From Amoebophrya sp. A120 (Eukaryota > Protista > Dinoflagellata): a stretch of 64,000 bases of DNA. The position numbers and the translations under genes were made by a program. Shown piece by piece: positions 1-13,464 of this stretch. Position 1 is the first letter of the stretch. Every line of letters starts with the position of its first letter. The stretch spans positions 1,299,495 through 1,363,494 of the forward strand of contig CAJINV010000015.1 of the NCBI GenBank assembly GCA_905178155.1, written 5' to 3'. The notes under the pieces are model-generated. The model was not told the DNA's origin. It did not search any database and saw only the letters and a list, made by a program, of their open reading frames with translations.

Positions 1-2769
1 CAACTGCGCTGCTGTCGGCGTGGCCGTGTCAAAGGACGGGCCCCAACTGCCCTTGTACTGCGTTTCGCCGATGCCCACCCAGCCCTGGTTCGCCCCGTCG
101 AACGCGACCACGCAGTGCGTGGACTGGTAGGTGTAGGTGTTGGTCGGGTTGTTGTGCTGGTTCCTTAGCAGGTAGCAGTAGTACTTTTTCGTGGTTCCGA
201 AGTAGTCCACGGTGCCAGCGGCGTAGTTGTGGTCGTACACGCCGTAGATTTCCGCCTCCACCGGCCACACGTCCACGTTCCCGGTGGTAAACGACCCGTC
301 GCCGGACACGCAAATGCGGAAAAACCCGCCCATCAGAAATTTCAGCGCGGTCGAATCGGACGTGGGTGTGCCGTACTGCAGCCACCCGTTCTGTTCGTTG
401 TCCGCTCCTATCAAATGTAAAGATGTCTGGGTCTGGAAGGTTGGAACTTGTGATGCTAACTTTGGACTCGAAAAAAATCTGTATTGCATGACCAGCAAGA
501 GAGGTCTCGTCTCTGCTACGCGGGGAGGGCATTTGTCATGCGGAGTAGGCATCAGGAAGCCCTCGAAGAATCTGTGATGCTAGGTCGTGCATTACAGAAA
601 CAGACATCCTGGGTCATGCAAAATATGCATGACAATAAATCTCAGAATCTTCCAGACCCAGACATTTTTGCATTTGATAGCTCCACCAGTGGAAAAGGCG
701 TTCGTCGCGGGCAGCGCCTTTCCCCCGTTCTGGCACCACGCGTTGCTAATCACCGAGCACCCGGGGACGGTTGCCTGGTTGTCCTGGCAGTGGTTGCTCC
801 CCTCTGCGGTCGTTTTCGTCACCGTGTTTCCGACAAAACGCGTCCGCAACGAGTTCTGCAGCCCGGACAGCCACGTGTGCGCGGAGGCCTTGGAGAACCG
901 CAGTTGCAGAGCCTTGTATTCCTCCGCGGATTCCCGCACGTGCTTGGTGGTCGTGAAATCACCCGCGGTGACCGAAGCCGTGGTATCTAGCTCCGCAAAC
1001 CTGGCGGACGTCGGATAGGTGTAGAGCGACATAGAATCGCGGGCGATCCCCGCGTTGCCCGTCCAGTAGATCCCGCCCGAGGGGACGACGACTAACCGTC
1101 TTCTCAACCAGTCGAACTTCCGCGAAAACCCTTGCGGCTGCAGCTGGTCTCCTGCTCCCGGTGGAAATTCGCCCGTGTTCCCGAAGTCGTCCACTAGTTC
1201 GCCGCCGGTAGTGGCGGACGTTCTGCCTCCTTGTCTCTTACTGTACCGGTTCCGGTGCTGTTTTGGGACCAGAGGGTGTATGTTCTCGAAATTAGAGGCG
1301 GAGTATTTCGATTGATTTTCGTCCTCGGTTCCCGGTTCTATCCCGTCTTCCGCCCCGTCGAGCGAAGCAGAAGCTGCGGAACTTGCTGTTTCTGATCCAG
1401 TACCACCACTACTCACCCGACTGGCACCCGAGGAAGAACTTGACGCTGTGCCCGTGCCGCCGCGGAGGTTCGCTATGGTCGGCGACTCGTTTGCTAAAGT
1501 GCCCGTGCGAAAGGGCTGCGTGAGGAGAAAAAGCCACCACATTTGCTTCGTGCGCCGGTGCCGTATTCGCTTCAGGCAGCGAAGAGGTTTGTTGTCCTTA
1601 CCGGAAACACCTTGTGTTGCTGACTGTGAATCCTCATCCGCACAACTCCCGGGCTCGTTTCTTTGTATTTTCCCCGTGCTGGTGTCGCTTTCGGGCGCTG
1701 TGGTGTTGCTGCTCCCGCGGCCTGGTGATGCTGCCTTGTTCTTCGACGCTGTTATCACACCTTGATGAGCTAAAAGTCCTTTGCAGGTCCTGCTGGAGGT
1801 CGTTCTCTTGTTTTCTGTCTTCGGGTATTTTGTTCTGCTGCCATGGCGGAGCGAGGTGGATGTGGAAGAACTAGGGCTCGACGTCGTCGATGCGGAAGAT
1901 GTGGAGGAAGTAGCACGACCAGTGGCAGAAGGAAAACCACAACGCTTTTTACTACAAGAACCACTGGCAGCAGGAACAAATTTTTCATCTTCTCGCACAA
2001 GAAGTCCTTCGACACCATCTTGTTCTACATGCTCAGGCGAAAGATTTCTCTCTGCGTCTTCGCGATGCTGGGTGAATGTCGGTGCTGTGAACAAATTATC
2101 GACGGTTGCATCTACAGGTGATGAGGAAGATCCGGAGGGTTTTATTGTAGAAACTATTTCAGGGCAACTTTGTGGTATCGTTTCTCTTGTTCCCGGACCT
2201 GCTGCTCCACTACAAGCCACCTCGTCTGCTTCCTCCGTTTCTTCTATCCTTGAAGACAGCACCTGTTTCCGGTGCTCTCCGGTGGTGCTGGAACTTCTCA
2301 GCCGTTTTCTTTTTCTCTTCCGCTTTGTTTTCCACACTTGCTCTTCTACTACAGTTTCGTGCCGGTTTAACATTTCCCTGCCGCTAGCCGTCGTTGGGCT
2401 CCTGCTGGTGTCCAGATAATTGCCAGAAAAGAACTTCTGAAGCTGCTGCTCCGCTTTTGAGGTTTTAGATGCCGACGTTGAAGAGCTCGATATAATTTTG
2501 TTCCGACTGGCAAGTAGTATTTCTGATCCGGACGGTCCACAATTACGCGTCGCACTACTTCGCGTGACTTTACTACCTAGTACAGCCTGCCAGGAGTTGT
2601 GTGGTCCCCGTCCGACTGTTGAGGAGCTTTTTCCTGTTCCAGCGGTGGAAGTGCTGCAACTACTACTCCCCGCAGCATAACTGCCTGCGCCGCGGTTGCT
2701 GTTAACATGTCTACTCACCTTCGGCCCCCGCGACGGGGAACTCGGAGTTGGTGGTGTTTGCACGAACAT
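1..2769 (-). CDS. Large hypothetical protein, Ser/Thr-rich N-terminus; 3' end runs off the window; one introner intron at 409-679
   Basis: 725-aa ORF 592-2769. Removing 409-679 plus one GCTCC copy joins ...AFSTGGA to DNEQNGWLQYGTPTSDSTALKFLMGGFFRICVSGDGSF..., which is open to base 1. Confidence 0.7.
409..679. mobile_element. Introner family A (TIR TATCAAATGYAAARATGTCTGGGTCTGGAA)
   Basis: ~30-bp TIR; perfect 5-bp DR GCTCC (404-408/680-684); frame restored on removal. Confidence 0.9.
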
Positions 2770-4873
2770 GATCTTCTTCGCGCTAGTGCGTTGGTCTCCC
2801 GCAGCACCTTGTTCTTCAACAAATGTTAGCCCGCGCGTCGTTGTACTCCAGCGCCAGTAGTAGCTGCGGCGTTTCCGCGCGACAAAATGCAGAAAGCACC
2901 ACCATGCTGATCGACGCTAAAGCTTTCGGGAGGAGACGTTATTTATCCTTGGCCGGCGGTGTGTCGAGTCGGGAGAGAAGAAGCGAAGAACTGTCCTGGC
3001 AAGTTGTGAAGACCGTTTGCTACTTCTTCTGGCAAAACTTCAGGGGGGATCCGATTCCGAACTACCTCGATGATGGGAAATAAAAGTTCAAAAGTGCAAA
3101 CGAATTCAAAATTTGATAGTGTAGTAAGGAGGAGCTCTAATAGGTGAAGAGTAGTTCTGTATTTGTGAGAAACCACTAAAGCAGGGGCAGCTTGCTACTG
3201 GTGCCCCTCGTCTTGAAGAAGCACTCGGTTCTTCTGTTTCTAGCAACAACCGGGCAAAAAAATCGCTAAATTTGGGTTGGTAGGTTCATTTTCGAGGGTA
3301 ATTATACCGGGGGGTTTTCAGTTTGAATTCCTTACCGTGCAAGACGAATGGCTGTCAAGAATTGGAAACCGTCAAAAGATGATGATGACGGACGAAACAA
3401 TCACAAATGGATGATGGCATGACAATCGAGGCTAGTGATGCAATAAAACAGTACCTAAAGTATGTAAAAATATCTCTCGACGACACCACGACCCAGACGG
3501 ATATTGCAAAAGCTTCTTCTACGCAACTACGGCATCGTCCCACATGACTTCTCCAAATACAACTACGCTGAAACGTCTAATTCTGGGTGCAACGACATAC
3601 TGAGTTCGATAATCATACTTGAGTAGTCACCACAGTTTCACTCTCGACGCGCTCGGTCCCTCGTCCCTCTGTAAGAATCGCTCTTCTATCAACTACATCT
3701 CTCAGCATTTTTTATCTGGCACTACCCCTCGATTATATCCTCTTTCAACAAAGATTTTCTTTAGTCAAAATGTACTAGCGGCACAAGTTCGTGTTGGAAA
3801 AAATTTTTGATATCTTGTGGCAGTTTTGTCATCATCTTCCACGTCTCTCACGGATGTGATTTTTTTGAGACGAGGTCTATTCACACAAGAACATCTGGAA
3901 GGATTGCAACTACGATTGTGTACAGGAACACAGCGCTGCTAACTAAGATTGTGCACAGGAACAAGCAGAGCTACAAGTCCGACCACGACTTTCTTGCATA
4001 ACTCACTTGCTCCGCAATCGAAAGGCTAAAGAGCAGCGAACGCTCAAGTCGTGCCCTTGGCCTTTCCCAAAGAATTTTTTTTTTTTGCTTTTTTCATTTT
4101 TTGGCTTTCTCATGGCAAAACCGGTCACGAAAAAGTCGTAGTAGTTTTCGATTGTCGCTGATGAAAAGTTTTTGGAAATTGATACTGTACTTTCCAAATT
4201 TGAGTACTTGCAGCTGTCGCTGTATCGCTGTCGCGCTCGAGCCGTGGGCTCTTCATTGAGCTGCTACTTAGGTAGCCATCTGGTTCTTGGCTATGACAGT
4301 TCTTAGTGGTGCAACTTCGTTCATACATCGGGTAGATCAACAGATGTTGACCCGAAGTCATCTGGTCCTCATTTTAGCAGTTGAGTATAAATCTTACTTC
4401 AGCCCTGCAGAAAGTTCGCATGACACCAATCATCGATCGGAGGTGTTAGTTGACTCCCTCGCCCGTCGTCCTGTGAAAAAAATTCTTGGCCCCCCGCCGC
4501 AAGAAATTTGAATGTATACATAAAGTGTTGTTTGTCAAAAAATGGATATTGTTCCGTATTCGTTGTCCGTTGTCTCATAATTGATTCGCAAAAAAAGTAC
4601 TCAGTTTCTGAAGTCGGTACGATACCCTTTGTTCTACCGGTCTGCTAGTACATCTACATCGTTAAGTAGTCGCTGTTGAAAGTTCTGCTTCAAGATGAAG
4701 CGGTGATGGTCAATAAATTGCTTCAGTTGTAATAACCGCAGCATTTTTGCCTCGTGGAAAAGCTTTAAAAAAAAATCTACTAGTCCTTTGATGTCGATGT
4801 CCTACTTCTCTCTACTAGCGGTGGCAGTTCATCGTGTTCAAGCGTTTCTTCTTCAACTAGCTACTTACCACCT

Positions 4874-7800
4874 CTACATGATCTCAATCTTGATCGTCGA
4901 TCCGTTGATTTCGCCGCCATCGAACTGGTGCTCCGCTTCATACGCATCCTTGGACTCTTCGAACACCAACCAGGCAATGCAGGCCGGTTTGTTCATGTCC
5001 ACTACGTTGATGGTGCCGATGTCCTCGAATGCCTCCTTGAGCTCCTTCTTCGCCAAATTACCCGGGCAGGTGTATCGCGAGAAAACAGAAAAACTGTCCC
5101 AGTCTCACCTTGTATACATGCAGTAGAAGATTCTTCTTGATGCAGTCTTTTGTCATGCGCGACAGGTGGAAAAACACGAGCTTTCTATTCGCGTGCTCTC
5201 TTGCGTCTGGCGCATCACAGATCTCTTCTTCATCTGTGGTCTTTCCGCAGCTCGTGGCTGACGCTGCAACTTGTTTGAGAGTGACTGAAACAGTTTTATT
5301 TCAACATCTTCTTTCTCCGGATAAATTGGTGATCTGCACCAGCCGGCCACTGCCTTTGAACTTCGCCACCGAGGGGGGCAATTCCGTCGTGCGCCCGTTA
5401 CTCCCGGTGTTGGATCCGACGTTGTTTTCATTCTTCGCGTAGTGGTCCTTCAGAAAGTCCTTTTCCAGTTCCCGGGTGCTTCGGCGGTTGTTGTACTTGC
5501 CGCCGCCCACGCTGAAATTGGCGAACTTGTTTCCCCGGTTGTACGGAGATTCATCGTCTGAGTCGTTGTATCGGTTGTTGCGGTAGTTGTGCCCCCCGCG
5601 ACGCCCGTAATAGTTGCTCCGGCGGTGGTATCGTAAGAAAAAAGTTCTTGTTCACACGAACGATTTTGCAAGGTTTGCATCTGTCATAGGTTTGCTGTGC
5701 ACGAGCTGCCATGCATGCTTTCTAAATCTAAGGGACGATGAAGACACGGGAAAAGATCCGATTGAATATGCAACTGCACCAGCAAACGAAAGAAAAGAAA
5801 TGCGTGTTAATCCAGTGTTCTTGCATGACATGCATCACAAGCTTCCAGTGAAAAAAAATTTTTCCTGCGATAGGTTGTAGCCGTTCCGGTTGTAGTAGCC
5901 CGAATTGTAGTAGTCGCGATCGTTCTCAAAATAGTTGTATGCATCGCAAATAGGTCTGGTCTTCTGGCTTCATTGTGATGCGAAATTTGAAGGACAACAA
6001 GATCTGCAAAGCACGGATATTAGGAGTTAAGAGTTTTTTCTGTCGTGCTGGAGGAGAGTTTGTTGTCATGCGTTTTACCCAGAAGAACCAGATGGAAGTA
6101 TTCACACTGCATAACTCGCCACGGTTGTCGTCGTTTGTCACGAAGTCCTGCCACGGCCCGCTGCCCGGTCGGAAAGAGCCGTACTCGCCATCCGACCCTT
6201 CGTCGTCCCCGTAACGGCCACGGCCCTTGCCGTAGTAGGAATTGCCCTGTGATTGATAATGATTGTAAGTTTGTCATGCCTAGTCTACTCAAATTAGTCA
6301 TGCCGAGTCGACGTGGTCAACACAATAATACCCGTCCCCCGCCCCCATAGCTGTCGGCACCGTACTCAAGTTATCAGAAGGAAATCTTCTTTGGTAACTG
6401 CTGGAAGCCAGTATTTGTCATTAGTGGAATGCCTCGTAGAACGCAGAATTTCTCGTGCTAAGACGACACTGGTGATAAATAAATGATGGAAACTCATGAT
6501 GACAGCATGAAAACGATAAGTGGCTCCAGCATTACAGATATTTCCTTCCGATACCGAATACCCATAATTCCGGTACCCGTACTTTCCCGTGCCTTCGCGC
6601 ATGAGGGAGAAAAAGGTAGACAGCTCGTTTGTCATGCTGAATGCAATTACCTCTGCATAATGCTTAAGGTTAAGCCTACGTGGCATGACAAAAAATAAGA
6701 ATCGAAGTCAGTGAGACATTTCCTGTCAAGTCTGTAACTATGCTAATGCCGACTCTGGAGGCTTACTTAATCATGACGACCTCGCATGACAAACACTGTA
6801 GAATCTTGGAGTCGATAGTTTCCGCTTCCGTACTGCCGCGCCCGCGTGTATCGGAGGAAAAAACATGCATTTTGTCACTGTGACCTTGAACTTCTGTTGC
6901 GAAAAACCAAGAAGCAAGAGAGACAACCAGATCGCTACATGAATGAAATGTGGCACCAGAAATTAGGTATTGAAGTCTGTGTTGCTTCTGATTTGTTGTT
7001 CGCTTTCGCCTTCAGAAGCGGACGGCGCATTACATGTTCATCCTTCTGTCATGCGTGGCGTGTCATGCTACTCCTCCACATCAGGTTCAGGACAAGAGCC
7101 GCCACAGCCACAGTGGCGCTTTTCCCTGCGATAGCTTCCCTTGTAGCTCCATTCGTTGTATAAACGGCGAAAGTACGCCTCGGCACGCCGCAGTTGCTTC
7201 GCGAGGCGGCGCTTGGAGTAGTAGGAGCCTCGGGCGCCGCGGTAGCCGGCACCACGGTAGTAGTTGTACCCGAAATTCCGCTTGGAACTACCGCCCCGGT
7301 AGTAGTTCCCGCGACGCCCGTAGTTGCGGTAAAAGTACCGCCCGCCGCTATCCTGTGTAAAAACGTCCCCACACCAGAGTCAAGTTGGGAATCTAGCAAC
7401 ACAAGTCTCCAAGTTTTGGGAGTTGTGCATGACAATTCTCCCTCTACAGCGTAGTGCTGGTTGGCACGGGAAGCCGCATGAGAAAGCCACTCTCTCACCC
7501 TGTTTACAGCATTACGAATTCCAAAACACGATTGGAAATGCCTCTCATGGAGCTGCGCACTACGAATGTTCCTGTCATTGCACATTTGCATGTACAAATC
7601 TGGGGTGGGAACGTTTTTACACTGGATAACCGCCGCGGTTCTGCATTCGCCGCCGGCCCCGTTCCACTTGCATAACGGCGTCCAGACTCATGTCCATTTT
7701 CTCTTCCGCAGAGTAAGCCTTCTGCTTCTTGGCACCATCGTCGCCAGCATTTCCGCCGCCGCCGGGCTTGTTGTTCGCCGGTCTCTCTATGAAGTTGGAA

Positions 7801-8109
7801 AATGACTAGTACTAGCACACGATCTGATCTTCAGGAATTTCAATTTCTGTTCTTGTGATGCTGTTTTACCTTTGAAAATGTACCAACTGAGCAACCATGG
7901 CTGAAGACTCATTCGCATGACAGATTTATTTGTTGCATTCTCGCATGACAAAATAGGGAAGAATCTTGTGCTTAATTAGTGATCAACATTTTCCTCATGA
8001 TAATGTGGTAGTCCTTGTCGTTGGCTTTTTTCACCCTTTTCCCCTTTTTCGATTTGGAGATCAGGTCTTCTAGACTCGCGTCTAGGTGCGCGTTCGCGGC
8101 GGCCGTCAT
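4874..8109 (-). CDS. ALYREF/Yra1-like mRNA export adaptor (UBM-like motifs, RGG/Tyr-rich region, C-terminal RRM), multi-exon
   Basis: HLDASLEDLISKSKK and EKMDMSLDAVMQ resemble the ALYREF UAP56-binding motif (DMSLDDII). Spliced exons give R/G/Y-rich sequence and an RRM (LVQITNCPGNLAKKELKEAFEDIG...AWLVF...FDGGEINGSTIKI). Exons in 6365-7050 not resolved. Confidence 0.6.
5073..5323. mobile_element. Degenerate introner, family G
   Basis: TATCGCGAGAAA...TTTCTCCGGATA termini; diverged DR AGGTG/AATTG; removal restores the RRM frame. Confidence 0.7.
5629..5872. mobile_element. Degenerate introner, family G
   Basis: TATCGTAAGAAAAA...TTTTTCCTGCGATA; DR GGTGG/GGTTG; frame restored (YNRRSNYYGRR). Confidence 0.75.
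5938..6113. mobile_element. Degenerate introner (family A-like)
   Basis: TATGCA...TGCATA termini; DR AGTTG/ACTCG; frame restored (NRGEYFENDRDYY). Confidence 0.65.
7349..7628. mobile_element. Introner family B (TIR TATCCTGTGTAAAAACGTCCCCAC)
   Basis: TIR; DR GCCGC/ACCGC; frame restored (NRGGGRYFYRNY). Confidence 0.85.
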
Positions 8110-10100
8110 GATTGTGACTCGTGGTGCGCTGATTTGTTTGCTTCTGGTCGTTTGCAAGTGTAATATCTACCGCGTGCTTGTACTAGTTAAATTGATCTAC
8201 AGAATCGTCAGCTGATGAATCTAGTTCGCTGTTCCAGATGAATCAAGCCACGTCAGCACCAAGCACCTGCGGTTGTAAACGGAACTTGTAGTACAGCGAA
8301 GCTGAAGTTTTTCTATCCAGGTGATACAACTTGACCAACATACAACCTGCTTTGTGAGACCTACGTCACATCATTTCGCATGTGAAAATTTGTTGTTCAT
8401 TCCAGAAGCCAAAACGAAAAATTTGCAATTCGAGCTCCTGCTCTACCTTTCCTGGAGACGACAATAGCCATCCATCGTGTGATAAAAAGAACGATGACGA
8501 AACATGGTCGCAAAGCCTGTTGTTACAGGTAGAAAAGCTACTGGATTCGATTGCGTCCTCCGCATTGGTTGCAAAATGTAAAAGTAAAAGGATCGGAATG
8601 TTCTCCAGCTGGCTGTGGTTGCGCATGGCTGTTTTACAGGAGGATCTTCTCGCGCCCGGACTACGAATGCTAAAATTCGTGCATGGGGATAAAAGTGATA
8701 GACGGGGCATTTCAAAATTTGACCACACGCCGCCGAAGCAAAACAATCATCACAGATGCTAGCGCGCTGATCAACTGTCCTGTTGCAATAAGTACCACCA
8801 TCCGAACAATGAGAAAGGGGGAAATTGTAGAACACATCATTGCCTCAGCTGGTATCGTCGCATCGCAATACATAGAGCAGCTTTTACGCATTGCCATAGC
8901 TGTAAATGTTTGCTTTTAAAACAAATTTCGACGCTTTTTGTTTCCTTGGTGTCGATTTTCTCTACAAGCTACTGACGATGCACATTTCGAGATGTTCACA
9001 AGCAGCTGAAACCGTTTCAGGAAAAACTCAACAAAAGAAATTTGGCTTCAATCAATTCAAAGAATTAGATTCTAACAAGCTAGCCACCAACAGGATGGGT
9101 GACTAAACACAGAGTTTCTATCTCATGACATGATGAGAATGAGTTCTGCAGTGATCAAACTAATAAATGACAGCAAAGTTTCATAATCACGAATTCAACA
9201 ATGTAATCTCGACTTCAACTTTGTACCCTCTTTCAGCGATGCGTCGCATCGCTGAAACAGTACTATTGAAATCACGATGTGGTTGTTGATTCGTGTTTTT
9301 ACGTCGTTCGCCCAATTTGGCTTTACTTCTTTGTTTGCGCCAATAAGAGCTCCCGCGATCTCGATCCGCGTGATTCGGATGCGCAGCGTACAAAAACAAA
9401 TGCAATCGACATTTTCGTGGACGTGTCTTTAATAATCTTTCATTAACGAGCTACAGGCACCGACGCAAAGCATCGGCACCATCCTAAACAAACAAATGAC
9501 TCACAAATAAGTAAATCAACCAATGGAGCACGATATTGAATGCGATATAGTACGATGCTGCGCCGTTTCTTTTCGTTTTATGATTGCAAGAGGAATATGA
9601 TGAAGTGGAGAAGTAAAGCACCTTTCTCGTCAGTGAGCAGTTCGCTTTTGTCAGGTACAGGTCACGCAAATCTATCCATTCAGGTCTTTTTCAGTAGCGC
9701 TGAATTCGTAGATATAAAGCGCAGCTTGCAACCCGATGACCACGAATCGCAATCCATGACTATAAAAAAACAAGATAAAGATGATAAAAATAGATGCTTT
9801 GATGACGCCAAAACTCGGTGGTGCTCTTTATCTTGTATCTTTATCTCTGTGGGAGACAACCCGTTTCACAAACTGCCCATGCGACGTATACCAAAACGAA
9901 GTGAGATGCTCCGTTTTACTTTTATTTCCTTAATTTGTTCACTATATTGGACACGGAGATAATTTGATTCGATTTTATTTGGCGCGCCCCACCCGTGGTA
10001 GTTCGCACCTTTGATGATGAGACACCGCAAAAAACGGCAAATAGTGCACTTCCGGTGGCGCGCATGAGGTTTGCCGCCAGTACGACGTAGGCGTATTTTT

Positions 10101-11030
10101 TCAATCGCTCTGTGGAGGGGTTGCCTGTTGGTACTGATGTTTTTCTTCGCGAGTCATGTTTGGGTGGTTCAGGTGTCGCGGCTCTAAAAAATTCTCGTCA
10201 CCAGAATCACTGTCCTGCCCTGTTCGCAGTCGTGCAATTACGGCAGTTGCCGTCTCATAAACCATAAAACCAGTCATTCCTTCCTGTTCCTTCGCCGTCA
10301 AGCTTTCCGCCTTTTGCCGTCGGCGCTCTTCTTGATCTTGTCTGCCGTGTTGCAGAAGATAGTCTTGCAGACCGCTCGCGCCGTTCAATATTTGACCTGG
10401 AGCGAGACCAGCATCGAACGTGTGCTTAAAATAATTAAGGATGTTCTGGTGCCCGAGCGCTACCACTGCCACTGTGCCCAACATGCTGGATTGCCACTTT
10501 CCGTTAGCACCTTTTTTCACAAGGATTTCGGTATCGCAGATGTCGAGCATTGCCTTGACGACGCGTTGAAGCTGTTCAACGGTTGTGAGTGGGGTTACTC
10601 CGCGTACAACTGGCAGTTCTCCGTCTTCGCTTGAGGTATCGTCTCCAACTGATGCTGCTCCCAACTCTCGCTGCCTCGCTTCTATCGCTAAATACTTGAG
10701 AAACCAATACACCGCGCGCTCCTTCGTCCTCTCGCCCCGGAGCAGCTTTTTTTTCTTCTTGAATTGCTCTTCAACTTTTACCGCAGATGCTTCGAGAGAC
10801 CGGATATCGGCCAGCGGCTTAATCGAAGACGCGTGAGCTTGTCTCCGCAATTTACTACGTTCCGCATATATTATTTCTTCTCTCGTTTGTGCTCCATCGT
10901 CGGTGTCCTGACTCGCTCCGACCTGCGGGTCAGGCAGTAGTGCGTGAAGCCCAGCCTTTCTGCGAAACTCCCATTTCGTCTCTGGCTTGTTTTTTAGCCA
11001 GGCAAGAGGATCCAAACTCCCTGCATCCAC
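10101..11030 (-). CDS. Hypothetical protein (possibly one exon of a larger gene, or TE-derived)
   Basis: 309-aa ORF with protein-like, charged helical composition; no motif recognised. Confidence 0.4.
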   Translation of the reverse strand: MDAGSLDPLAWLKNKPETKWEFRRKAGLHALLPDPQVGASQDTDDGAQTREEIIYAERSKLRRQAHASSIKPLADIRSLEASAVKVEEQFKKKKKLLRGERTKERAVYWFLKYLAIEARQRELGAASVGDDTSSEDGELPVVRGVTPLTTVEQLQRVVKAMLDICDTEILVKKGANGKWQSSMLGTVAVVALGHQNILNYFKHTFDAGLAPGQILNGASGLQDYLLQHGRQDQEERRRQKAESLTAKEQEGMTGFMVYETATAVIARLRTGQDSDSGDENFLEPRHLNHPNMTREEKHQYQQATPPQSD

Positions 11031-11814
11031 GCCGTTCCCATTTTCGACAAACCCCGACGCCAGTTTTTCTCCAGATCCTTCGCCCCAAGCACCTGATATC
11101 GTGGTAATTTTGGAAGCAGTGACGCGTCAACACTGACGCGACGAATTCCTTTCCGTTCCACGAATTGGAATTGAAGCTACGTACAGAACTACTAACAACT
11201 ACCTACTACGTACTAGGATCCCACGACGATAAAATTGACTACGCACAGAAAACACATAATATTGACTTTCTTGCCAATAGGCGAGGCGCGTTAGTAAACC
11301 CTTACCGGCACTGCCGCCGTGCAAATAATCGCCAACGTTTTCAACACCACCGGTTTCTTTCCGCTCCGCACCGGCAACAGCAGCCCCTTCCTCTCCGTCC
11401 CCGTGGAAGTTCCCGCCGTCCGGTTTGTCATGCGTGTTCGTCGCACTGCGATGTTCATCCTTCCTCGCTGCCGCAAATTCGTGTTCCTCTTCGTCCTGTG
11501 CAGTCTTCCTGCAGCCCTTCTGTGCGCTGCCCTCGCAGGGCTTTTCCTTCTTTTGCAAAGCAGAAAAAACAGGCTGCTCCTTCTCCGCGCCCTCCTTCTG
11601 CTCCGCACCTGAAATAGAGAAATTTTGTTTGAAAGAACCATCAAGAGCTGCCGGAAATTTGCCACGTAAATCAAGCAAGCAATGCTGACGCACGACAACG
11701 ACTCGAAGATTCAAAATTCTGCCCTGATGCACATTAGACCAGGGTTGTCAATGCTTGCGCATGTCGACCTGTAGAACCACTCCAGCGCCACGCGTCATCA
11801 TATTCGATATCGAT

Positions 11815-12279
11815 TCATCTTGGCGATTGAAAATTCATTGACAACAAGAAAATATCGTCGGTACCAGAGACCGTGCCAGCTGCGTCTTGCTTTTCCTTCG
11901 TGCCGGTGTTCTCCGTCAGAGAGTCTTTTTTCGGTTTGTCATAGGTCTTTCCCATGTCAGCGGGTTTCTCCCTCCCCGTTTCTTCACCCGCCGGCTTCTC
12001 TTCCGGCTTCGTCACCGGTTGCTCCCCGACCGGCTGTTGTTCCTTCTCCTGCAAGACAGACGAATCAGGCTGGTGCTCGCCCTGCTTCTCCTGTGCCGCC
12101 CCAGCAGAAGAGTCTCCCTTGTTCCCCTTTTCCAGCGCGGAAGATTTGTGCTGGTGTTCATCCACCGATCCTTCCGTTGCGCCACGACTGTTCGTCTCCG
12201 CTGGGGGCTGAACTTGGTCCAAAATGCTCCCGCGAGACAACTCTTTAATTATGGAAGCGTCAGGGGGGGAGGTTCTCAA
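11815..12279 (-). CDS. Possible low-complexity E/K/P-rich exon
   Basis: 154-aa ORF on the same strand as neighbouring genes; no motif. Confidence 0.25.
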   Translation of the reverse strand: MRTSPPDASIIKELSRGSILDQVQPPAETNSRGATEGSVDEHQHKSSALEKGNKGDSSAGAAQEKQGEHQPDSSVLQEKEQQPVGEQPVTKPEEKPAGEETGREKPADMGKTYDKPKKDSLTENTGTKEKQDAAGTVSGTDDIFLLSMNFQSPR

Positions 12280-13464
12280 AGTGGATGTAGGAAAGATCTG
12301 TTGTAGAACTGTTAATTACAACTGTCTGCAACACAAAACCGAACTGTTCGTCATCTTGCAGCCTAGTTCTTCTAGGGGTTCTGTTTAGTTAAGCTCTTCG
12401 AGAAAGCTTGGGAATTCCGAGCAAGTTTCGAGAGAGAAGCGGAACTAGCACGCCTTGGCCAGTCCAAGCCTGATATTGCCAATTAGCGAAGGCCTAGCAA
12501 ACCGTCTTTGTGTGCTTTCTCTGTAGTCTAGCAATATCCAGCTGCATCAAGCATCCAAATTGACTTGCCACACAGAACTAGACTCGAAAACCTCCAATTT
12601 GAAAATTTCCACCCGGCTCCCTGCTCCATATCATCAGTGGGCATCTGTTTCTTGCGTTTGCTTCCTCGCAGCCGCGGCCGATAATCCTCCTTGAACTCGT
12701 AGGTTGGCGAAGGCGATTCGCGTGCCGGCTCGTGGGAACTGTCGTGGCCTTCCGGGAGATTCCGGCCGAAGGACAAAGGTATGCTGATGCGCAATCGGTT
12801 CCCCCTACGTCTCTCTCTCTTCAATTGTCCTAAGCAAAGAAAAGTTATATACATCTGCAACTACTCTATGCAGCTGTATTGACGGTCCGCTTAGACGAGC
12901 GACGCCCTGTGGAGGCAGCAAGAAAAACTAAAGCAGCAGAAACCAACGTCTTGTTTTGGAAACAGAAACATGCAAAAAAAAACATCTACGTTTCTGTTGA
13001 AGTGAGAAGATGAAGGGGGACCGAAAAAATCGTCCCACGTGATAACAGCCGTGGTCTTGACGGCAGAGTATAACTGCTGCAGCATGCTGATAGCGGTGCC
13101 GTTCCCAAAAAAGAAATTGTCACCGACGGCATGATGATCACGACCACCGAGCGGAGTGTCTAGTACCGACGCAGGCTCATTTCCCTCTGCAGCAGCGGCG
13201 AAAGTCGGTAACACCAACAACCTCCCGGAAGTTGTGGAATGCAGAAGCAACTGCGCTGGCAGCTGCAGCACCAGCTGTATCGGTTTGTTCGGGCGCGTTT
13301 TCATGGTCGTGCTGTTCGTTTAGGTCGTACTAGAAGGTGAAAAGTAGCTCCAACTGTGGACTGAAGATTTTTGCTTGCTCTGAACCTGCTTTGTGTTGGT
13401 CGTGTTTAAGTTTAAAGCTCGCTTGGTTGAAATGAATAAATGCTTCTTCCGCTTCAAAATTTAA

